Source of the DNA: an uncultured Methylobacterium sp.
GTDB taxonomy: Bacteria; Pseudomonadota; Alphaproteobacteria; Rhizobiales; Beijerinckiaceae
DNA length: 64,000 nt
Direction: 5' to 3'
NCBI RefSeq assembly: GCF_964242245.1
Contig: NZ_CAXTBY010000003.1
Span: 31,294 to 95,293 of the forward strand
The notes beneath the pieces were generated by a model that was given only the letters and a program-made list of their open reading frames with translations, did not search any database and was not told where the DNA came from. Of this stretch, positions 21,620 to 30,343 are shown piece by piece (positions within the stretch are counted from its first letter, which is position 1; each line of letters starts with the position of its first letter). The position numbers were made by a program, and so were the translations under genes.

Positions 21620-22320
21620 CGCTTGCCCGCCGCAACCTGCTCCGGGGCGGCCTGTCGCTGGGCGCCCTGACTACCCTGACCGGCTGCGACGTCAGCGACG
21701 GCGACGCGGTGCAGGGCGCGCTCGCCCGGGTCTCGCGCTGGAACGACCGGGTTCAGGCCGCCCTGTTCCGCAGCGGGCGGCTCGCCCCGACCTTCCCCGA
21801 GGCGATGGCGGTGAAGGATTTTCGCTACAACGCGTGGTACGGAGCCGAACAGGCGCCGCGCCTCGACCCGGCCGACTATCGCCTACTTCTGTCGGGCAAG
21901 ATCGCCGACAAGCGGCCCTGGACGGTCGCGGCGCTGCACGCCCTGCCGCAGGAAACGCAGATCACCCGCCACGTCTGCGTCGAGGGCTGGAGCATGATCG
22001 GCAAGTGGACCGGCACGCCGCTCTCCGCGTTCCTGCAGCGGGTCGGCGCCGACACCACGGCCGGTTACGTCGGCTTCGCGTGCGCCGACGGCTACTACGA
22101 GGGGCTCGACATGGCCACCGCCCTGCACCCGCAGACCCTGATGGCGTTCAGGCTTCACGATGAACTTCTCCCGCACAAGCACGGCTTCCCGTTCAAGCTG
22201 CGGGTCCCGACCAAGCTCGGCTTCAAGAACCCGAAATTCGTGACCACGATCTACGTCACCGACAAGGAGCCTCGCGGCTACTGGCCCGACCGCGGCTACA
22301 ACTGGTTCAGCGGGTTGTGA
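21616..22320 (+). CDS. molybdopterin-dependent oxidoreductase, Tat/lipoprotein signal
   Basis: RRNLLRGG twin-Arg followed by lipobox LTGC. Oxidored_molyb motif ITRHVCVEGWSMIGKWTG and FPFKLRVPTKLGFKNPKF. Confidence 0.8.
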   Translation: MTLARRNLLRGGLSLGALTTLTGCDVSDGDAVQGALARVSRWNDRVQAALFRSGRLAPTFPEAMAVKDFRYNAWYGAEQAPRLDPADYRLLLSGKIADKRPWTVAALHALPQETQITRHVCVEGWSMIGKWTGTPLSAFLQRVGADTTAGYVGFACADGYYEGLDMATALHPQTLMAFRLHDELLPHKHGFPFKLRVPTKLGFKNPKFVTTIYVTDKEPRGYWPDRGYNWFSGL

Positions 22321-23069
22321 GCGTGGACGGTCGACCGCCAGCCACCTGCGCCATCGGCATCATGGCCAAGGCGCCGCAGCCCGGCCGCTCGAAGACGCGG
22401 CTCTGCCCGCCGCTGACGCCGGAGCAGGCGGCCGCCCTGAGCGCGGCCTTCCTGCGCGACACCGCGCGCAACATCGCCGAGGCCGCGCGCCGCGCGCCGA
22501 TTACCGCCTACGCCGCCTACGCGCCGCGGGGGACGGAGGACGTGCTCGCGGCGCTGCTCGCCGACGAGACCGCGCTGATCCTCGCCGATGGCAACGGGCC
22601 TGTGCCCGACGCCGTCCGGGGCTTCGGCCGCTGCCTGCTCCAGGCGGTCGAGGGCATGCTCGGGCGCGGCCACGAAGCCGCGATCGTCCTGAGTTCCGAC
22701 ACCCCGACCCTGCCGACCCGTATCCTGGTCCAGGCCGCCAGCCTGCTCCTCGCGCCCGGCGATCGCGCCGTACTCGGGGCCTGCGGGGACGGCGGCTACT
22801 ACCTGCTCGGCCTCAAGCGGGCGCATGCGGACATGTTCTCCGACATCGCCTGGAGCACCGAGACCGTGGCCGCGGCGACGCGGGAGCGGGCGTGCGGCCT
22901 CGGGCTGGACCTGGTCGAGCTCGAGCCCTGGTCCGACGTGGACGACGCCGACGCGCTCAGGGCCCTGCTCGCCGAGGCCGGCGGCTACGCGGCGCCCGAG
23001 ACGCGGGCGGTGCTCGCCCAATTCGGCCTGAGCGCCGGCCGCATCGCCTGGGACGTTATCCCCGCATGA
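22317..23069 (+). CDS. DUF2064 (TIGR04282-like) nucleotidyl/glycosyl-transferase-like protein
   Basis: GTG 22317 overlaps the upstream TGA. Motif AIGIMAKAPQPGRSKTRLCPPLTPEQAAAL is the DUF2064 signature as I remember it. Confidence 0.7.
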   Translation: MSVDGRPPATCAIGIMAKAPQPGRSKTRLCPPLTPEQAAALSAAFLRDTARNIAEAARRAPITAYAAYAPRGTEDVLAALLADETALILADGNGPVPDAVRGFGRCLLQAVEGMLGRGHEAAIVLSSDTPTLPTRILVQAASLLLAPGDRAVLGACGDGGYYLLGLKRAHADMFSDIAWSTETVAAATRERACGLGLDLVELEPWSDVDDADALRALLAEAGGYAAPETRAVLAQFGLSAGRIAWDVIPA

Positions 23070-24427
23070 GGGCCGCGTTCCGAAGTCCGACGGCGCGTCT
23101 GGCCAGCCTCGGCGGTGCGCTGGCGCTGCTGATGATCGGCGCGCTCGCGCTGCACGTTCCCGGCGCCGACACCGTCGGGACGCCGACCCGCGCCAACCTG
23201 TTCGTCGCGGTGCTCGCCCTGGGCGTGGCCCTCTACCTCGCAGCAATCCGCCTCGTGCTGCGGGCCGACCTCCCCCGCTCCGCGCTCTGGCTCGTGCTCG
23301 GCCTCGCGGTGCTGATGCGAATGGCGCTGCTGCCGTCGCTGCCGTTCCTGTCGAGCGACATCTACCGCTACGTCTGGGACGGACAGGTCCAGGCCGCTGG
23401 TATCAACCCCTACCGCTACCTGCCCGTCGATCCCGCGCTGGAGCACTTACGCGATCCGGCCGTGTTCCCGCTGATCAACCGGGCGACCTACGCGCGGACG
23501 ATCTATCCGCCGGCCGCCGAGGCCGTGTTCGGCCTGGTCGGCCGGGCAAGCGCGAGCGTCACCGGCATGAAGGTTGCGATGCTGGGCTTCGAGGTCGTCG
23601 CGGTGATGTGCCTGCTGCGCCTGCTGTCGCTCTCGGGGCTGCCGCGCGAACGCATCGCGATCTACGCCTGGAATCCGCTGGTGCTCTGGTCCTTCGCCTG
23701 CGACGGCCACGTGGACGCTGTGGCGATCGGGCTCCTCGGCCTCGCCCTGCTGGTCCGTGCCCGCCGCAGGGACGGATGGGCCGGCGCGATCCTGGCCGGC
23801 GCGGTCCTCGTCAAGTTCCTGCCGATCGTCGTCGCCCCGGCCTTCCTGCGGCGCGGCCGCTTCCGGGCGCCGGCGCTGGCGGGCGCCGCGGTCGTGGCGG
23901 CGCTCTACCTGCCCTACCTCTCGGCGGGACGCGACCTGTTCGGGTTCCTCGGCGCCTACGGCAGCGAGGAGGGCTACGACACCGGTGCCGGCTTCTGGCT
24001 GGTGGCCGGCCTGTCCCACCTCGTGCCTCTGCCGGCCTTCGCGGGCCGCGCCTACGCGCTCGCCGTCGCGGTCGGATTCGGTGCCCTGGCCCTGTGGATC
24101 GTCCGGCGCAGGACCGCCGACGCCAGCCCGGCCGCGGTCGCCCTCTGCCGCGACACCGCGATCCTGGCGGCCTGCGCCACCGCGGCGGCCAACCCGCACT
24201 ACGCGTGGTACTACGCGTGGCTCGCGGTCCCTGCGACCGTCGCGCCGATCCCCGCCGTGATCTGGCTCTCCGCGGCCCCGGTGCTGTTCCTGATCGACCC
24301 GTTCAACGAGCGCTTCCTGTGGCCGGCCCTGGTCTTCGTTCCGGCCGCCGCGCTCGCGCTGCGCTCCGTCGTGCGCCATCGGCCGGCCGTCCCGATCCCC
24401 GCCAAAGCCCTGGAAGGAACCGCCTGA
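23066..24427 (+). CDS. polytopic membrane protein, GT-C-like glycosyltransferase (DUF2029/GT87-like)
   Basis: ATG 23066 (ATGA overlap). More than 9 hydrophobic helices. First-loop motif LPFLSSDIYRYVWDGQVQAAGINPY is typical of polyprenyl-phosphate-sugar-dependent GT-C enzymes. Confidence 0.6.
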   Translation: MRAAFRSPTARLASLGGALALLMIGALALHVPGADTVGTPTRANLFVAVLALGVALYLAAIRLVLRADLPRSALWLVLGLAVLMRMALLPSLPFLSSDIYRYVWDGQVQAAGINPYRYLPVDPALEHLRDPAVFPLINRATYARTIYPPAAEAVFGLVGRASASVTGMKVAMLGFEVVAVMCLLRLLSLSGLPRERIAIYAWNPLVLWSFACDGHVDAVAIGLLGLALLVRARRRDGWAGAILAGAVLVKFLPIVVAPAFLRRGRFRAPALAGAAVVAALYLPYLSAGRDLFGFLGAYGSEEGYDTGAGFWLVAGLSHLVPLPAFAGRAYALAVAVGFGALALWIVRRRTADASPAAVALCRDTAILAACATAAANPHYAWYYAWLAVPATVAPIPAVIWLSAAPVLFLIDPFNERFLWPALVFVPAAALALRSVVRHRPAVPIPAKALEGTA

Positions 24428-25482
24428 TGCAGGCCTCGGTCGCCCTGAAGGACCCCCGCCGCTACTTCGAGGAGATCGGCGCCCGGCGCGGCGCCACGGC
24501 GGAGGCGCCGCCGGTCTGCCTCTACCTGGAGGTGACGAACCGCTGCAACCTCCTGTGCGAGACCTGCCCGCGCACCTTCGAGACCCTGGAGCCTCCGGCC
24601 GACATGAGCTGGGAGCTGTTCACGGGAATCGTCGACCAAGTGCCCAACGTCGCCCGCGTGGTGCTGCACGGGGTCGGCGAGCCGATGCTGGTCGAGGCGC
24701 TGCCGCGGATGATCCGCTACCTGAAGGACCGCGGCACCTACGTGCTGTTCAACACCAACGGCACCCTGATGCAGCCCAGGCGCTTCGGGGAGCTGATCGA
24801 CAGCGGCCTCGACGAGCTGCGCGTCTCGCTCGATGCGGCCGACCGCGCCTCCTACGCGCGGGTGCGCGGCAAGGACTTCTTCGACCGCATCGTGCGCGAC
24901 GTCGGCAAGTTCATCGCCTTCCAGAAGCAGGCCGGCGCCACGACGCCCCGCGTCTCCCTGTGGCTGACCGGCCTGAAGGAGACCGTCGACCAGTTGCCGG
25001 CCTTCGTGCGGCTTGCCGCCTCCATGGGCGTGGGCGAGGTCCACCTGCAGCGGCTCGTCTTCGACGAGGGCGGCTACGGCATGGCGCGGGCCGACCTGTC
25101 GCTGTTCGAGAGCACGCAGGCCGACGAGCACGCGGCGATCGCGGCGGCGCAGGCGCTGGGCTCCGAGCTCGGCGTCAGCCTCGACGCGTCGGGCGCCACC
25201 GAGCCGGGCATGAGCCTCAAGCGCCAGTCCGAAGACCAGCCCTGGGCGACCTGCCGCCGGCCCTGGTCGCTGATGTACTTCACCGCCCACGGGCGGGCGC
25301 TGCCCTGCTGCATCGCGCCGTTCTCCGTGCGGGGCTACGGCAACTACACGCTGGGCGACGCCACCCAGTCGACGCTCCGCGAGATCTGGGACAGCCCGGC
25401 CTACCGCGACTTCCGCACCGCGCTCCTCTCCGACGCGCCCCCCGCCCCATGCCAGAATTGCGGGATGCGATGGAGCCTGTGA
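24427..25482 (+). CDS. radical SAM / SPASM domain protein
   Basis: CX3CX2C in EVTNRCNLLCETCPR. C-terminal Cys-rich SPASM-like CRRPWSLMYFTAHGRALPCCIAPF...PCQNCGMRW. The start shares 1 nt with the upstream TGA (TGATG). Confidence 0.85.
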   Translation: MQASVALKDPRRYFEEIGARRGATAEAPPVCLYLEVTNRCNLLCETCPRTFETLEPPADMSWELFTGIVDQVPNVARVVLHGVGEPMLVEALPRMIRYLKDRGTYVLFNTNGTLMQPRRFGELIDSGLDELRVSLDAADRASYARVRGKDFFDRIVRDVGKFIAFQKQAGATTPRVSLWLTGLKETVDQLPAFVRLAASMGVGEVHLQRLVFDEGGYGMARADLSLFESTQADEHAAIAAAQALGSELGVSLDASGATEPGMSLKRQSEDQPWATCRRPWSLMYFTAHGRALPCCIAPFSVRGYGNYTLGDATQSTLREIWDSPAYRDFRTALLSDAPPAPCQNCGMRWSL

Positions 25483-26183
25483 GCCGGGAGCCCGTCAGCG
25501 TGGTCATCCCGACCCTGAACGAGGCCGACACGATCGGCGCGGTGATCCGCGAGATCCCGCGCGCCTACGCCGCCGACATCATCGTCGCCGACAGCGGCAG
25601 CACCGACGGGACGCAAGGCGCGGCGCGGGCGGCCGGCGCACGGGTCATCGAAGCCGGCCGCGGTTACGGGCGCGCCTGCGCCCTCGGGGCGGCTGCGGCT
25701 TTCCCCGTAAACCGCGTCGTGGCGTTCCTCGACGGCGACGGCGCCGACCGCGGCGACCTGATCGGGCAGATCGCCGGCCCGGTGCTCGCCGGCACGCACG
25801 ACTTCGTCATCGCCTCGCGGACGCGAGGGAAGCGCGAGCCGGGCTCGATGCTCTGGCACCAGATCCTCGCAGGCCGCCTCGCGGGCTGGGGCATCGGGGC
25901 GCTGACCCGCGTGCGCTACAGCGACATGTGCGCCTTCCGCGCCATCGACCGGGCCGCCCTGGAACGATTGTCGCTCCGGGAAATGACCTACGGCTGGAAC
26001 ATCGAGATGCAGATGCAGGCCGCCCGCGCGTCCTTGCGCATCCTGGAGGTGCCGATGCCCTACCGCCGCCGCGCCGGCGGCGCGTCGAAGGTCGCGGGCT
26101 CGCTCAAGGGGACGCTGCGGGCCGCGTCGCGGATCGGGGCGACGTTCGTGCGCGTGGCGGCCGGGCCGGCACCCGGCCCGTGA
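25470..26183 (+). CDS. family 2 glycosyltransferase
   Basis: VSVVIPTLNEADTIGAVI, IVADSGSTDGT and the DxD-like FLDGDGAD. Overlaps the radical SAM gene by 13 nt. Confidence 0.8.
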   Translation: MEPVSREPVSVVIPTLNEADTIGAVIREIPRAYAADIIVADSGSTDGTQGAARAAGARVIEAGRGYGRACALGAAAAFPVNRVVAFLDGDGADRGDLIGQIAGPVLAGTHDFVIASRTRGKREPGSMLWHQILAGRLAGWGIGALTRVRYSDMCAFRAIDRAALERLSLREMTYGWNIEMQMQAARASLRILEVPMPYRRRAGGASKVAGSLKGTLRAASRIGATFVRVAAGPAPGP

Positions 26184-27436
26184 GCGAACCCTTCGCCCTC
26201 GGCGCCTACCTCGCGCGCTGGAATCATGCCGGCCGGCACGAACTTGCGGCCTCGGATTCCGAGACCCTGCCGCTCGCGGGTCTCCTCGCGCTGGCCGAGC
26301 CGGACGACCTCGCCCGGTGGAACGACCTCGCGCTGGGCTACGCCGACCCGAGCGGCGCGCCGGGCCTGCGCGCGCTGATCGCCGCGCGCCACGCGGATGC
26401 GACCCCCGGCGACGTGCTGTGCTGCGCGGGCGCGCAGGAGGCCGTGGCCTGCGTCGTGCGCGCCGTCCTCACGCCGGCCGACCACGCGGTCGTCGTACTG
26501 CCGATCTACCAGCCCTCCGAGCAGGCGGTGACGGGCTCGTGCGCGGCGAGCGGCGTGCCGCTGGAGGACGACGGCGCCTGGTCCCTCGACATCGACCGCG
26601 TCGCCGCCGCGATCCGGCCGAACACGCGGCTCGTGCTGACGAACTTCCCCAACAGCCCGACGGGCGCCGCGATCGACGCAGCCCGGCTCGGCGCGCTGGT
26701 CGATCTGTGCCGCCGCCACGGCCTGTGGCTCGTCAACGACGAGGTCTACCGGCAGACCGATTGCGGCCTGTCCGGGGACGTGCCGACGGTGGCCGATCTC
26801 TACGAGCGCGGCGTCTCGATCAACGGCCTGTCCAAGGGGTTCGGCCTGCCGGGCCTGCGCGTCGGCTGGGCGGTGTGCCGCGATTCCGGCCTGCTCGCGA
26901 GGGCGCTCGGCGCCAAGAGCGTGCTGTCGAGCTGCCTCTCGGCCCCGAGCGAGGTGCTGGCCCGGGTGGCGCTCCGGGCCGAGGCGCAGATCCTCGCCCG
27001 GACGCGGGCGATCGGACAGCGCAACCACGCCGTCCTGCGGGCGCTCATCGCGCGGCGCCCGGATCTCTTCGAGCCTGAGCCGACGCGCAACCTCGCTTTC
27101 GCCTTCCCGCGCCTGCGCGGCCCGGAGGGCGCCGATCGCTTCGCCCTGCGGCTTGCCCGCGATGCCGACCTGCTGGTCCTCCCCGCCGCTCTGTGGCGCT
27201 CTCCGCTCGCGCCGATACCGACGGACCGGCTGCGGATCGGCCTCGGCCACGCCGCCTGCGAGGCCGCCCTCGCCACCCTGGAGCACCACCTCGACCCGAT
27301 ACCGGCCGGCACCGCTCGGTCCCCGCGGGACCTGCACGCGGTCGATGCGGCGCAGCCGGCGCGATCCGCGGCAGCCCCCATCGCGGGAGCCCGGATGCGA
27401 TCGGAGTCGATCGGCGTCGACACGGCGTCGACGTAG
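26180..27436 (+). CDS. class I/II PLP-dependent aminotransferase
   Basis: GTG 26180 (GTGA overlap). LVLTNFPNSPTGAAI and the PLP-Lys motif SINGLSKGFGLPGLRVGW. Confidence 0.8.
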   Translation: MSEPFALGAYLARWNHAGRHELAASDSETLPLAGLLALAEPDDLARWNDLALGYADPSGAPGLRALIAARHADATPGDVLCCAGAQEAVACVVRAVLTPADHAVVVLPIYQPSEQAVTGSCAASGVPLEDDGAWSLDIDRVAAAIRPNTRLVLTNFPNSPTGAAIDAARLGALVDLCRRHGLWLVNDEVYRQTDCGLSGDVPTVADLYERGVSINGLSKGFGLPGLRVGWAVCRDSGLLARALGAKSVLSSCLSAPSEVLARVALRAEAQILARTRAIGQRNHAVLRALIARRPDLFEPEPTRNLAFAFPRLRGPEGADRFALRLARDADLLVLPAALWRSPLAPIPTDRLRIGLGHAACEAALATLEHHLDPIPAGTARSPRDLHAVDAAQPARSAAAPIAGARMRSESIGVDTAST

Positions 27437-27498
27437 ACGCGGCGGCGCGCTGCGCCCGCCAAGTTCCATCGCACGAAGGCGGTCGCGGCAGGCCCCGG

Positions 27499-28686
27499 TC
27501 AGATCAGGGCAAGGTCGGCAGGCTCCGCGTCGGCGAAGATGCGGCGTAGGCTCGGCTGATCGAGGCCGTAGAGGCGCCGGAGCAGGCCGGCGAGCAGCGC
27601 CCGGTAATCGGTGAGCACGGGATGGTCGCGGTTCTGGCACAGGTTCGCCTCGTCGGCGGCGACCTGCCGCCCGGCGATGCGGCCGCCGCGCACGCCGCCG
27701 CCGAGCACCCAGTAGACGCTGCCGTGGCCGTGATCGGTGCCGCGGCTGCCGTTCTCGCGGAAGGTGCGGCCGAACTCCGAGAGCACCACCACCACGGTGT
27801 CGCTCCAGGCCGGCCCGATCTCCTGGACGAAGCCGGCCAGGCCGCGACCGAGCTCCCCGACGCGGTCGGCAAGGTAGCCGGTGCCGGCCCCCTGGTTGAC
27901 GTGCGTGTCCCAGCCGCCGACATCGACGAAGCCGAGGTTGAACTGCTCGCGCATCAGGCGGCCGATGCGGCGGGCCGAGAGCTCGAAGCCCTTCGGCGAC
28001 ACGGCGCCGCGGTCGGCCTCGGCCGGGTGGTCCGAGATCGCGTGGTAGACCTCATCGCGCACCCGGAACCCCTCGCTCACCGCCTGCGCGAGCGGCGTGT
28101 CGCGGTACATCGCCGTGATCAGCTTGGCCTGCCGCTCGTCGATGCCGGGCTTGCCGACGCCGTTGATCGCGATGTTGGGCACGGTCTCGGTTCCGCGGAA
28201 GATCAGCGGCACCTGCTCCGTGAAGGTGATCGGGCGCACCCGCGTCAGCTCGGCGGCGAGCCGCGCCATGAAGCCCGAATTGTAGTCGCGCGACCGGCCC
28301 ACGGTCTGGCCGAGCTCGATCGTGTCCTGCGTCTCGAAGTGGCTGCGGGTGAGGTCGTCGGTGCCCGCGAACGGGACGAAGGCGGCCTGCCCCCGGGCGT
28401 AGAGCGGCAGGATGGTCTCGCGCAGCGCCGGGTGCAGGCTCCAGTCGGCATCGAGCGCCAGCGCCGCAGCGGGGTTGCCCGGATCGGGCCGCGCGACGGC
28501 GAGGTTCGGCCGGGCGCGGTAGTAGAAATCGCTGCCCGTCGGGATGATGACGTTGGCCGCGTCGTAGGCGCCGCGCAGGAACACGACGAGGAGGCGCGCA
28601 TCGGCCTTCGGCGCCGCCCAGACCCGGCCGGCGACGGTGGAGAGGCCCAGGGCGAGGGAGGCTCGGAGGAGGTCGCGACGGTCCAC
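27499..28686 (-). CDS. DUF1501 family protein (Tat signal)
   Basis: MDRRDLLRASLALGL twin-Arg leader, then LLVVFLRGAYDAANVIIP and GTDHGHGS motifs. Confidence 0.85.
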   Translation of the reverse strand: MDRRDLLRASLALGLSTVAGRVWAAPKADARLLVVFLRGAYDAANVIIPTGSDFYYRARPNLAVARPDPGNPAAALALDADWSLHPALRETILPLYARGQAAFVPFAGTDDLTRSHFETQDTIELGQTVGRSRDYNSGFMARLAAELTRVRPITFTEQVPLIFRGTETVPNIAINGVGKPGIDERQAKLITAMYRDTPLAQAVSEGFRVRDEVYHAISDHPAEADRGAVSPKGFELSARRIGRLMREQFNLGFVDVGGWDTHVNQGAGTGYLADRVGELGRGLAGFVQEIGPAWSDTVVVVLSEFGRTFRENGSRGTDHGHGSVYWVLGGGVRGGRIAGRQVAADEANLCQNRDHPVLTDYRALLAGLLRRLYGLDQPSLRRIFADAEPADLALI

Positions 28687-28699
28687 GGCAAGCCTCGCG

Positions 28700-30214
28700 T
28701 CACCGCATGAATTCGGGGGCGGACAGGAACAGCGTGTTCCAGTCCTGCGGGGAGACGGCGCGGGCGAGCGCCGCGCGGGTCGCCTCGCTCAGGGTCGCCG
28801 ACAGCGTCGAGAAGTAGAGGGCGTTCTGCAGGAGGGGGAAGGCCGGCTCCTCGACCGCGTCAGGTGCCGGCTTGAACAGGCCGGCCGGCCCGGAGCCGAT
28901 CTGGCGCGCGACCTCGAAGCGCGTCGTCATCTGTCCCGGCCCGTTCCAGGCGCCCTGCGCGAGCGGGTATCCGTCGGGCGTCGAGCGGTTGAACAGGCCC
29001 TCGCCGAGCCGGTTGAGCCAGCCCTGCACCGGCGCGGTGCTGCGCACGACCCGGCCATCGTAGGCGAGGCGCACTGCCGACAGCACGTAGCGCACCGGGT
29101 CCTTGAACCCGCCGCCGAGGGCGGCCTCGAATTCCGGCGCGCGGAACAGGGCGTCGAGGACCGCAACGATGTCGCCGTCGCTGCGGGCGAAGGCGGCGGC
29201 GAGGCGGTCGGTCAGGGCGTCCGGCGGTGCCGTCCCCATGAAGTACGTCGCCAGCGCGCCCGACACGCTGCGGGCGGTGGCCGGATGGCGGACGATCAGG
29301 TCGAGCGCCTCCTCGATCTCCGGCCAGCCGCGCCCGCGGATCGCGTGCCCGAGGAAGGTCTTGTCTCCGTAATCGTGCCGGTTCGGGTTGAACGTGAACA
29401 GGCCGGCCCGGACGAGATCGGCCTGCCGCTCGGGTCTCACCTTCGGGTCGTCCGGGCGGGCGTCGATGCCGATCCCGGTGAGGATGCGGGCGAGGCTCTC
29501 GACGTCGTCCTGCGCGTAGCCGGAGCCGACGCCCATCGTGTGCAGTTCCATCAGCTCGCGGGCATAGTTCTCGTTGAGGTGACCGGCGGCGTTCTCGGCG
29601 TTGTCGAGGTAGCGCAGCATCGCCGGATGCCGGAGCGTCGCCGCCAGCAGGTCGCGGAAGCGCCCGAGCGCGTGCGGCCGGATCGCGTCGTCGACGTAGT
29701 CGCCCACCATCGCGCGCAGGTTCGCCTTGCCCTGGTGGACGTTGAAGCGGTTGAACCAGAACCACGTCAGCCGCTCGCGCACCTGATCGGGAGCTGAGAG
29801 TGCACGCAGGATCGTCGCGGCGGCCGCGTCCCGTGCCGCCGCGGAGAGGGTGGCCTGATAGGCCTGCTGGGCGGCCTTCTTCGTGTCCGGATCGGACTCC
29901 GCGTTGGCCGCCTTCGCCTGCGCCTCGAAGGCCGCGACGCGCTCGAGCAGCGAGGTGTGCGGACGCAGCGCGTCGACCTGCGCCTGGGCCGCGTCCGGCA
30001 GCGCCGGGGTCGGCTGCGGATGCAGTTGCTCGTGCAGCCAGCGCCCGCGGCCCATGCCGCGGAGCTCGGCGAAGCTCGACGGGGTGACGCCCCAGGTCAG
30101 CGCGTCGAGGAACCGGGCGTCATCGGCCGGCGAGCCGGCGGCGGCATTCGCGATCGTGGCGCCGAAGGCCAGGACGGCGGCGAGACGGCGCAGGACGGAA
30201 AGCGCTGGCGGCAC
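28700..30214 (-). CDS. DUF1800 family protein
   Basis: 504 aa, signal peptide, DDARFLDALTWG motif. Canonical pairing with the downstream DUF1501 gene (13-nt gap). Confidence 0.8.
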   Translation of the reverse strand: MPPALSVLRRLAAVLAFGATIANAAAGSPADDARFLDALTWGVTPSSFAELRGMGRGRWLHEQLHPQPTPALPDAAQAQVDALRPHTSLLERVAAFEAQAKAANAESDPDTKKAAQQAYQATLSAAARDAAAATILRALSAPDQVRERLTWFWFNRFNVHQGKANLRAMVGDYVDDAIRPHALGRFRDLLAATLRHPAMLRYLDNAENAAGHLNENYARELMELHTMGVGSGYAQDDVESLARILTGIGIDARPDDPKVRPERQADLVRAGLFTFNPNRHDYGDKTFLGHAIRGRGWPEIEEALDLIVRHPATARSVSGALATYFMGTAPPDALTDRLAAAFARSDGDIVAVLDALFRAPEFEAALGGGFKDPVRYVLSAVRLAYDGRVVRSTAPVQGWLNRLGEGLFNRSTPDGYPLAQGAWNGPGQMTTRFEVARQIGSGPAGLFKPAPDAVEEPAFPLLQNALYFSTLSATLSEATRAALARAVSPQDWNTLFLSAPEFMR

Positions 30215-30343
30215 CCTCGGATCTCCCCCTCGCTCGGGCCGGCTGCGCCATACGGCACTCGGATTGTGGCACCGGTGCGGTTCCCCGGACGCTGTGCGGT
30301 CCGCGACGCCCCGGGCGCGTCTCGGTGTCCCGTGCGGTGCCGC

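Noticed and set aside
22317-26183. Equating the DUF2064 / GT2 / radical SAM trio with the arsenosugar (ArsS, TIGR04167) or selenodomain-associated cluster
   Set aside because: The radical SAM protein here has a SPASM-type C-terminus rather than the Cys-rich/Sec-containing domain I recall for that family. The GT2 has FLDGDG rather than the motif I recall for TIGR04283, and no ars genes are nearby.
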